DNA from: Vibrio cholerae ATCC 14035
GTDB lineage: Bacteria > Pseudomonadota > Gammaproteobacteria > Enterobacterales > Vibrionaceae
Direction of reading: 5' to 3'
DNA: 32,000 bases
NCBI RefSeq assembly: GCF_000621645.1
Contig: NZ_JHXR01000002.1
Span: 323,446 to 355,445 of the forward strand
Shown one piece after another: positions 6,626-13,401 of this stretch (position 1 is the stretch's first letter; every line of letters begins with the position of its first letter). A program made the translations under genes and the position numbers. Under the pieces are notes generated by a model. That model was given only the letters and a program-made list of their open reading frames with translations. It searched no databases and was not told the origin of the DNA.

Positions 6626-8659
6626 TCAAATAGGTAAAGTATATTTACACTGTAAATTCACAAGCAAAGCCAAGATTTCCGTTCGCACCGCTTGCTCGAC
6701 TTGCCGCTTCCCACTTAACTGAAACTGCTCGGCACAGGCCGCCCAACTTTTACGCTGCAGAATTTTACTGATCAACAAAGGGGATAGGCTCTCTAGTGAT
6801 GGAGCCGTTGCCAGTAGCCAAGCATAAAGCCACACCGCCACGCTTTCGTAATTTGCTCCACCTCGCGCGTAACGCTCGATCAATTCTAAAGGGATCAGAG
6901 GTTGAGGCAATGCGACAGTGCTAGGTAAAAGCTGTTGGATGATTTGTGGCTCCAACGCTTGTAGAGAATCACTGAGTTCAAAAATCCAATGCGCACTAAA
7001 CTGCTGTTTGGCTTGCTCCAACCAATCGAGATGCTCTCCGCGCACCATCAAGAGAGAGTAACAACCACTCGCCTGATCTCGATGCGAACCGAGTTTTATT
7101 GGTACGAAGTGGTTAGCTAGCCAAAATGGCAACAAATCTTCACTCACCCCGAAGCTGGTGGCGTAATAATCCGCGTGATGCTGCGCAATAAAATGGGTCA
7201 ACAATTGGCTACCTATACCTTGGCGTTGGCAGTCGGGATGGACGGCAATGCGTAATATTCGCCAACAAGATTGGCGCGCCGCTTGGCTAATTCCTAATTG
7301 ATTCGCCAAAGTCACGGGGGTTAAATGCCCTTTCGGACGCCGCGTTCCCAGTTGAATCGCCTCAATCGTCGGCGCGTCTAACTCCCCTTCACGGACCGCC
7401 AAAACGCAACCGACGCACACCTCTCCTTGATAAGCGACGAACAACGTCATCGCTTCATCTTGCAGTAAAGCAAAGAGATCGTTGGGCGAGGTTTGATAAT
7501 GCGCATTGACCAAAAGTGCAAACACTTGTGCTAATCGCTCAGGTTGCTCCACACACTCAGGCTGACTGAATAAAGAAAAAGACAGCGGTTCTCTCGCCTG
7601 CTCTAGGGCAACTTCAGGCAACTCACTTTGTAGAAGAAATACCTGATTTTGCCACTGTTCCAGCGCATCCCCCGCCGCCCAGCGGATCGGCTGCTCAAGA
7701 TGCAGTGAGCGCATCTGCGGGCGCTGTACTTGCAACCAACTCTGAAATTTTAGAGAAAAACCGCGCCCACACCCTTCGTAGCCATGAATGGTCGAAGAAA
7801 ATACTGCGCGGTGATAGCGCTCCACCCAACGTTTTAAAAATGGCAACGGCAGCGCAGCGGCTTCGTCGACCAGCAATAAATCACTCTCAGGTTGAGTGCG
7901 CAGTAGCTCATCCGGAGCCATAAAACGTAAGCTTGACTGTGCCGTTTGCACCTCACCGCGCTGGCGATGGGCTTGCGGTAATGTGCGCTGGGCATGCACA
8001 AACAGCGGCTCCACGGCAGCCAAAGTAGGTGCAGTCACCACAATATGCATAGAGCGCGATGACATCAGCTCTGCGGCCGCCAATCCCAGTGCGCTGGTTT
8101 TTCCACGCCCGCGATCGGCAGTCAGCACTAAAGGACGCTTGCGATGCCCAGTCACGACTTTAATGATGCTGTCGATCGCCAATCTTTGTTCGGTATAAGT
8201 TTGTTCGGTATTCGTTCGCGTAACCGAATCCGAATTGGGTAAAGCCGGCACCGTTTGTGGCGTAATCACAAGCAAGCGATGACAAGCGCGCTCTAGCCAG
8301 ACTCGCGCACAATGGTTGAGCGTAGTCGGTTCGCCAACCACCAACAGTAATCCGCCGCCCACCAAGGTACCCAGCACCGCATTAAAGCTATTGGCATCCC
8401 AACCTTGCGTTAAATCTACGATCAGGAGTTGGCATTCTCGCCCTAACCATTGCTGACCTTGGCGATAGTCGACACAAGTCACACCCTCTAGCTCAGTTTG
8501 TCCTAACATCAATATCGGTTGTTCGGCAAAGTGCGGAACAAGTGTTTTCAATAAGTGATGCTGCCACTGTGCATCACCACGCAGCCAACAGCCAAAGCGA
8601 ATCTGTCCTTGCTTGGCGAGCTGCTGAAGTTGCAATAAATAGGTGATTGGCTGAGTCAT
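6626..8659 (-). CDS. tmcA: tRNA(Met) cytidine acetyltransferase TmcA
   Basis: Helicase-like P-loop ADRGRGKTSALG followed by a GNAT domain (RIAVHPDCQRQGIGSQLL). By recall, the E. coli TmcA N-terminus aligns with MTQPITYLLQLQQ (ATG 8659). The track ORF allows a longer form up to 8752. Confidence 0.85.
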   Translation of the reverse strand: MTQPITYLLQLQQLAKQGQIRFGCWLRGDAQWQHHLLKTLVPHFAEQPILMLGQTELEGVTCVDYRQGQQWLGRECQLLIVDLTQGWDANSFNAVLGTLVGGGLLLVVGEPTTLNHCARVWLERACHRLLVITPQTVPALPNSDSVTRTNTEQTYTEQRLAIDSIIKVVTGHRKRPLVLTADRGRGKTSALGLAAAELMSSRSMHIVVTAPTLAAVEPLFVHAQRTLPQAHRQRGEVQTAQSSLRFMAPDELLRTQPESDLLLVDEAAALPLPFLKRWVERYHRAVFSSTIHGYEGCGRGFSLKFQSWLQVQRPQMRSLHLEQPIRWAAGDALEQWQNQVFLLQSELPEVALEQAREPLSFSLFSQPECVEQPERLAQVFALLVNAHYQTSPNDLFALLQDEAMTLFVAYQGEVCVGCVLAVREGELDAPTIEAIQLGTRRPKGHLTPVTLANQLGISQAARQSCWRILRIAVHPDCQRQGIGSQLLTHFIAQHHADYYATSFGVSEDLLPFWLANHFVPIKLGSHRDQASGCYSLLMVRGEHLDWLEQAKQQFSAHWIFELSDSLQALEPQIIQQLLPSTVALPQPLIPLELIERYARGGANYESVAVWLYAWLLATAPSLESLSPLLISKILQRKSWAACAEQFQLSGKRQVEQAVRTEILALLVNLQCKYTLPI
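6643..6657. promoter_or_regulatory. parS2 centromere-like site (ParB2 binding palindrome)
   Basis: aTTTACAcTGTAAAt is a perfect match to the chromosome II parS2 consensus NTTTACANTGTAAAN. It sits inside the last codons of tmcA, about 190 bp upstream of the dth operon start codon. Confidence 0.85.
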
Positions 8660-8879
8660 AACGAGCGATATTCCAAAATGATGCGCCATGTTAGCACAAG
8701 CCCAACCGATCGCTGTAACGCCTTGAAAGGCATCGTAAGAAGGAGGAAACATTTGTTAACAGAAGGCTAAAATATTTTTTCTTAACGACAAATTATATTT
8801 GCTTTATCACAGCAAAAAATTCACTAATTATGCACTCGAACCCCGGCATTGGGCTGGGCTAAAAAGGAATCAAAATGCA

Positions 8880-9911
8880 ATGAAAACTTTCATTAAAGGA
8901 TTGGTACTTTCTGCAGTCGTTGCCTCTTCTCAGGTTTATGCAGAGCAAACCCTAAACGTGTATGCGTGGGGTGGCTATCTGCCAGAGAAGTCGCTGAAAG
9001 CTTTTGAACAACAAGAAGGCGTTACTATTAACTATTCAACCTTTGAGAATAATGAGTCAATGTATACCAAACTCAAACTTCTGAAAGGCACTGGTTACGA
9101 TGTCGTGTTTGCGTCCGCTTATTTTATCGAAAAGATGGGCCGTGAAGGGCTACTGGCAGAAATCGATCATAACCAAATCCCGAACATGAAAGATGCAATG
9201 CCAACCGTATTAGGACTGGCGCACGATCCTCAAAACAAATTCTCACTCCCTTACATTTGGGGGATTACGGGTCTTTACTACAACTCGTCTACCCTGCCTA
9301 ACGGAATCACAAAATGGGCAGATCTGTGGGATAAGCAATACGAACAGCAAGTCATGCTGATTGACGATATCCGCGACGTGTTTGGTATGGCTCTAAAGCT
9401 TAACGGCTTTAGCATCAACACCAAAAATGAAGAGGAAATCAAGAAAGCGTACGAATCTCTGGTGGCACTGAAGAAAAACGTATTGCTGTATAACTCAGAT
9501 GCGCCACACGTGCCTTACGTTTCTGGCGAAGCCACACTGGGCATGCAGTGGAACGGCAACGCTTACCAAGGCCAAGTGGAAATGCCTGAGCTGAAATTCG
9601 TTATGCCAGAAGAAGGCGCGGTACTGTGGATGGATAACTTCACCATTCCTTCAGGCAGCAAGAACATTCCGTTGGCGCACAAGTTTATTAACTTTATGTA
9701 CCAACCAGAAAACCAAGCTGAGATTGTACAAAGCTTAGGTTATGCCTCTGCCACCAAAGGCGGTCGAGCGCTGCTACCGGCAGAACTGCGTGATAACCCG
9801 ACTATCTTCCCATCGGATGAAGATATGAAAAAAAGCGAGTTCATTAACGATGTCGGCCCAGAAACGCTGGCGATTTATGAAAAGTACTGGCAGCGCCTAA
9901 GAAACCAATAA
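8880..9911 (+). CDS. Periplasmic spermidine/putrescine-binding protein (PotD/PotF family), orphan
   Basis: The start is chosen at MKTFIKGLVLSAVVASSQVYA (signal peptide); the track ORF begins at 8799. Size (343 aa) and sequence resemble PotD. No potABC genes are adjacent. Confidence 0.8.
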   Translation: MKTFIKGLVLSAVVASSQVYAEQTLNVYAWGGYLPEKSLKAFEQQEGVTINYSTFENNESMYTKLKLLKGTGYDVVFASAYFIEKMGREGLLAEIDHNQIPNMKDAMPTVLGLAHDPQNKFSLPYIWGITGLYYNSSTLPNGITKWADLWDKQYEQQVMLIDDIRDVFGMALKLNGFSINTKNEEEIKKAYESLVALKKNVLLYNSDAPHVPYVSGEATLGMQWNGNAYQGQVEMPELKFVMPEEGAVLWMDNFTIPSGSKNIPLAHKFINFMYQPENQAEIVQSLGYASATKGGRALLPAELRDNPTIFPSDEDMKKSEFINDVGPETLAIYEKYWQRLRNQ

Positions 9912-9933
9912 GGCTAAGCCCCCTAAAACGCAC

Positions 9934-9962
9934 AAAGCCCGCATCAGCGGGCTTTGTTATTT
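9934..9962. terminator. Bidirectional rho-independent terminator between convergent potD-like and parB2 genes
   Basis: AAAGCCCGC-atca-GCGGGCTTT stem-loop followed by GTTATTT. Confidence 0.75.
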
Positions 9963-9970
9963 GAGTTGAC

Positions 9971-10942
9971 TCAGTTTAGCTTACGCTGCACAAAATCAAG
10001 AATATCTTGCATCAGCTCATCATCAATTTTCTTCAAATTCAGCACCAAATTATTGCCTTTACGAGCATAGCTGGCGCGGCCTTTGATGAGCTCCACCTTC
10101 GGTGTTTCGGTGCGCTTAGGAGGTAACACATCTTGAATCCAGCTTTCGATAGTTTCCGTGACTTCTTTGGTAATACGCGCCACACCTTGAGCTTGAGATT
10201 GCTGCCACACGAAACCATTTTCTTGATGGCATTTCGCTAATAATTGCTCACGCTGAGCCTCATTCAGCTCGTTAAACTGTTTATGTAATTTAACGATAGT
10301 AGGGCGGCCCAGCTCGACAACACTCGGATACGCCTGCAAAAGCTCTAGCGGTAAAGCGGCGGCTTTTAAGGCACCACTGACCAATGCCTCGCTGCACTGG
10401 AACATTTTGGCAAGCGCTTTTTGGTCTTCCGCTTCACCACTATCGAGCTTGGCTTGCATCTCTTTACCTTTCTCATATAGAGAAAGAGGTTTATGCGCAT
10501 TCGCGACATCAGACAAAAACTTAGCGTGCTCAGCATTGATATTTTCAGCCACATACACCAAAAACTCTTTGCCCGCCAAGATACAAGACATGCGACGACG
10601 GCTACCATCAAGCACTTCGATTTTGCCATCTGCGGTTTTACGGCCAACGGCTGGGTATTGCTGTCCACGCTCACGCAATGTGGTCAGAACATCAGCCAAG
10701 GCATGTTCGGTTAAAAACGCCTGTTCACGGGCATTTTGAGCAAACACCACGGTTTTTTCCGCGACTTCATCAGCCGGAATTCGCATCAGTTCAAAGGTCA
10801 CTACCTCTTCACCCGCTACAGCCAACTCAATCATCTGTGCTTGTGCTTTCACCGCAGATTGCGCTTCTGCAGGCGTCGTTGCACGGCGCTTATCCGCCTT
10901 TCCAAACAGCTTTGCGTTCAGTTCAGAAGTTTTAATTGCCAT
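9971..10942 (-). CDS. parB2: Chromosome II partition protein ParB2
   Basis: 323 aa. ParB box LDGSRRRMSCILAG. Lies immediately downstream (7 nt) of parA2 and beside oriCII. Confidence 0.9.
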   Translation of the reverse strand: MAIKTSELNAKLFGKADKRRATTPAEAQSAVKAQAQMIELAVAGEEVVTFELMRIPADEVAEKTVVFAQNAREQAFLTEHALADVLTTLRERGQQYPAVGRKTADGKIEVLDGSRRRMSCILAGKEFLVYVAENINAEHAKFLSDVANAHKPLSLYEKGKEMQAKLDSGEAEDQKALAKMFQCSEALVSGALKAAALPLELLQAYPSVVELGRPTIVKLHKQFNELNEAQREQLLAKCHQENGFVWQQSQAQGVARITKEVTETIESWIQDVLPPKRTETPKVELIKGRASYARKGNNLVLNLKKIDDELMQDILDFVQRKLN

Positions 10943-10949
10943 AAGTTAC

Positions 10950-12173
10950 TTACCCCTGATTCAGTGAAGACCAATGTGAATGAAGTACGCGCTCTAGCTC
11001 TAAAGCACTTTTTTGTACCGCATCCTGAGCGGTCGCCAAGGTTTTTTTACCGCCCTCGAAATCGTTAACGGTCAAATCAAAGACGGTACTGTAAGTATCC
11101 GCACAGGTTTCAAACGCACGGCTGCGTGGGATGGTGGCCATCATGACTTGATCGCCCAACAAATAATTCATTTCGGTCAGTACCGACACCTGCTTCTTGT
11201 TGTCATCCTCAAACATGGTTGGCATCAGGCGTACAAATTCGAGCCCTTTCCAATCTTCAGGGAACATCTCGTACACCGTGGGCAAATGTTGGAAGAAATT
11301 GACCGTAGAAGCCCAGTCCAGTCGCTTCGCCGCACAAGGGATCAGTAAGGCATTCGAGGCATACATCGCGTTCCATACCAGTGGATCAACGTGTGGACCA
11401 GTATCAATCATGATGATGTCAAAATCGCTGGCAATTTTATCGATCAGCTTCTCTTTGAGTAAGCGAACAATATCTAGTGATTGATTTTGTGAGAGATATT
11501 GCCACGCCTCTGCGTTAAACATCGCATCTTCAGGAAACGCAGAAATGGTTTTCAAATTCGGATATTGAGTTGGCAACATCACGTTTTTGCGCAAAAACTC
11601 AGTGTCCACTTGCACCCCATCTGGCACATTATCCAGCATGATATCAACCGCGGAATAGATATTCGTATGCTCAGCCAGACTGATTTGTGGATTCAAGAAT
11701 AGGCGTAATGAACCTTGTGGGTCTAAGTCAATCAAGCAGATGCGGTAACGCTTATCCAAATTGAGCGCTAAACAAGCGGCAAGGTGTACCGCGGTCATTG
11801 ATTTCCCCGTACCACCCTTTTGGTTCTGCACGTTGATGATCCACGGTTTATTCTCATTATTTTTTTTGCGCTCATGGAATTTAGGCACGCCAGCGGCATC
11901 CATCAACATATGCGCTTCGGAAAGAGAGATAGAGTAGTGATTCGCGTTATTTTTGGTAAATTGATGTCCCGCTTCTTCCATCTTAGCGATAGCTTCATCA
12001 AGCTTGCGACGTGTTAAGCCTGAACGAGTTTCCATAAGGGCTTTAGACATTGGAGGAAAATGCTCATCACGGCGCTCCTCTAATACAATCTCAATTCGAT
12101 CGGCCTGCACTTGTTGGGTAAGTTGTGCAAGCTGGTAGAGATTCTCTATCGTTTGTTCTCTTTTCATTGCCAA
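10950..12173 (-). CDS. parA2: Chromosome II partition ATPase ParA2 (type Ia ParA with N-terminal extension)
   Basis: 407 aa. Deviant Walker A QKGGTGKSMTAVHLA. An N-terminal extension of about 100 aa is typical of plasmid P1/F-type ParA. Confidence 0.9.
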   Translation of the reverse strand: MAMKREQTIENLYQLAQLTQQVQADRIEIVLEERRDEHFPPMSKALMETRSGLTRRKLDEAIAKMEEAGHQFTKNNANHYSISLSEAHMLMDAAGVPKFHERKKNNENKPWIINVQNQKGGTGKSMTAVHLAACLALNLDKRYRICLIDLDPQGSLRLFLNPQISLAEHTNIYSAVDIMLDNVPDGVQVDTEFLRKNVMLPTQYPNLKTISAFPEDAMFNAEAWQYLSQNQSLDIVRLLKEKLIDKIASDFDIIMIDTGPHVDPLVWNAMYASNALLIPCAAKRLDWASTVNFFQHLPTVYEMFPEDWKGLEFVRLMPTMFEDDNKKQVSVLTEMNYLLGDQVMMATIPRSRAFETCADTYSTVFDLTVNDFEGGKKTLATAQDAVQKSALELERVLHSHWSSLNQG

Positions 12174-12385
12174 TTTCCGTTATTAGGGCTTTAAACAGAT
12201 TGTACAGCATAGTTTATTTAAAACAACAAAAAGGTGAACATAAAACAATGAATCAAAATCACACATATTGGAGTATTAACAGAAAATTGATACCAAACGA
12301 ACAAAGTTAAGTATAAAAACCGCGTTTAAATAACCCACATATTCTTCGATAAGGAGAAAACATTTTAAATATTACAGTGTCACTT

Positions 12386-12400
12386 ATTTACAATGTAAAG
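12386..12400. promoter_or_regulatory. parS2 site within the rctA-like region (parS2-B equivalent)
   Basis: aTTTACAaTGTAAAg is a perfect parS2 palindrome, 213 bp upstream of the parA2 start codon. Confidence 0.85.
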
Positions 12401-12439
12401 CCACGTTTTGAAGTGATGATGAATAAATAAAAGCGAGCC

Positions 12440-12480
12440 GTAAGCGGAACGATTAAACCGAGCCACTAAGTTACGGTGAA
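12440..12480. promoter_or_regulatory. RctB 39-mer-type inhibitory site (copy 1, rctA side); boundaries approximate
   Basis: GCGGAA (12444-12449) and TTACGGT (12471-12477) are 27 bp apart start to start, the same spacing as in copy 2. There is no GATC inside. Confidence 0.6.
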
Positions 12481-12567
12481 TGCCATTCTGATTGAAATGA
12501 TGCGCAGGATTCAAGCAAGATGAGAAAATGCCTATCTTTCCTCCAGCGAATAGGTATCACCGAAACG

Positions 12568-12707
12568 ATGATCAAGAGCAGCAGCTTGATCATTCTTCCG
12601 TAAAAAATAGAGGGTTAAGGAAACATGATCAAGAGCTCATCATGGCTATGAGTCGAGGCAAGAGAATTAACAATTGAAGATCTTCAATCGGATCGATGAT
12701 CAAGAGG
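12568..12707. repeat. Four GATC-containing RctB 11/12-mer iterons (regulatory, incII)
   Basis: ATGATCAAGAGC at 12568-12579, TTGATCATTCTT at 12586-12597, ATGATCAAGAGC at 12625-12636, ATGATCAAGAGG at 12696-12707. Confidence 0.8.
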
Positions 12708-12712
12708 TAAAT

Positions 12713-12753
12713 CGTCGCGGAAGCATGTAAATTCATTATCAATTTACGGTCGA
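12713..12753. promoter_or_regulatory. RctB 39-mer-type inhibitory site (copy 2, incII); boundaries approximate
   Basis: GCGGAA (12717-12722) and TTACGGT (12744-12750) have the same 27-bp offset as copy 1. The internal inverted repeat GTAAATT/AATTTAC is present, and there is no GATC. Confidence 0.6.
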
Positions 12754-12845
12754 TGTCAGGCAGAGTAAGGCTTTGGCTAGTCAGTGATGAAAAACCGTCT
12801 ATCCTAACAAGTCTCAGTCAAAACAAGATAAACAGAACAACAGCC

Positions 12846-12857
12846 ATGATCATGCTT
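12846..12857. repeat. RctB 12-mer iteron (isolated)
   Basis: ATGATCATGCTT is identical to the repeats of the phased array. Confidence 0.75.
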
Positions 12858-12966
12858 TCGTAATCCCGCTCCGTCACCTTGGCCAGCGCAATATGGCGCT
12901 GAAGATGTCAATTGGAAGCACAAGTCACAAGTATTCATTGCGATATGGCCAAGAAATCATCCTCTC

Positions 12967-12978
12967 TTGATCATCTTT
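12967..12978. repeat. RctB 12-mer iteron (isolated, hybrid flanks)
   Basis: CTCTTGATCATCTTT carries the CTCTTGATCA flank (reverse complement of TGATCAAGAG) and a TGATCATCTTT flank. Confidence 0.7.
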
Positions 12979-13043
12979 CCGTGGTCATGAGAGTACGAGA
13001 GGAAGGAGATACAACGACCTATCTTGATGTCATCCACTCAGGT

Positions 13044-13052
13044 TGTGGATAA
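13044..13052 (-). promoter_or_regulatory. DnaA box
   Basis: TGTGGATAA is the reverse complement of the perfect consensus TTATCCACA. It lies 15 bp left of the six-iteron array. Confidence 0.85.
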
Positions 13053-13066
13053 ACTGTGTGAGCACC

Positions 13067-13192
13067 TTGATCATGCTTAGAAGCTTACGTTGATCATTGA
13101 TTCTGTTGACTGATGATCATGCTTAGAGGAACAAATGATCATGCTTTCGATCTTGTATTGATCATGGTTTCCATCGATACATGATCATGCTT
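13067..13192 (+). repeat. Array of six phased RctB 12-mer iterons (minimal origin)
   Basis: TTGATCATGCTT at 13067, TTGATCATTGAT at 13090, ATGATCATGCTT at 13113, ATGATCATGCTT at 13135, TTGATCATGGTT at 13158, ATGATCATGCTT at 13181. Start-to-start spacings are 23, 23, 22, 23 and 23 bp. Confidence 0.9.
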
Positions 13193-13360
13193 CTGAATGG
13201 CTTAAAATAATCTCTTTTAATTACAATAAATTAGAACTAAAAATCGTCACAGATCATTAGATCACTCTAATCATATTTAATCATTTAAATCAGAAAGATC
13301 AGTTATTTAAAAACAACAAATTTTTCTTTATTTATGATCTCTTTTTCTTTATTCTCTTGG
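13193..13360. other. AT-rich region (candidate DNA unwinding element) overlapping the rctB promoter region
   Basis: Strongly AT-rich. It contains repeated ATCAT/ATCAC units (agATCATtagATCACtctaATCATatttaATCATttaaATCAG), four GATC sites, and an exact 12-nt direct repeat TTTTTCTTTATT at 13321 and 13342. Confidence 0.7.
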
Positions 13361-13385
13361 AACTATAGTGATATTACGGTAAGTG
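13352..13385. promoter_or_regulatory. Truncated 39-mer (29-mer-type) RctB operator upstream of rctB; boundaries approximate
   Basis: TTACGGT at 13374-13380 followed by NNNTG, as in both 39-mer copies, but without the GCGGAA half. It ends about 20 nt upstream of the rctB ATG. Confidence 0.5.
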
Positions 13386-13401
13386 TGATACGGATCTAAC
13401 C

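Larger units (their letters stand above)
12174..13401. other. oriCII replication origin region (rctA/incII negative-control part about 12200-13040, minimal origin about 13040-13400)
   Basis: A 1.2-kb non-coding interval between parA2 and rctB. It contains parS2, 39-mer-type sites, twelve TGATCA-core iterons, a perfect DnaA box and an AT-rich block. I count about 20 GATC sites between 12568 and 13396. Confidence 0.9.

Noticed and set aside
10366-11068. Several 70-110-aa ORFs on both strands inside parB2 and the end of parA2
   Set aside because: All are nested within the strongly supported ParB2 and ParA2 reading frames and lack motifs or RBSs.
12125-12310. 61-aa plus-strand ORF spanning the parA2 start and the AT-rich left end of the origin region
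   Set aside because: It overlaps the parA2 N-terminal codons, has no RBS and has AT-rich low-complexity composition. The corresponding rctA region is reported to act as non-coding DNA/RNA. It is treated as part of the control region, not as a CDS.
13067-13192. Regularly spaced short repeats that superficially resemble a CRISPR array
   Set aside because: The repeats are only 12 bp with 10-11 bp spacers (22-23 bp period) and are centred on GATC. They sit next to a DnaA box, an AT-rich block and an initiator gene, and no cas genes are present. This is an iteron origin, not CRISPR.
13297-13309. IHF-like site (gATCAGttatTTA) in the AT-rich region
   Set aside because: It matches WATCARNNNNTTR only with a mismatch at the first position and lies in very AT-rich sequence, where such matches arise easily. 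It is not reported as a feature.
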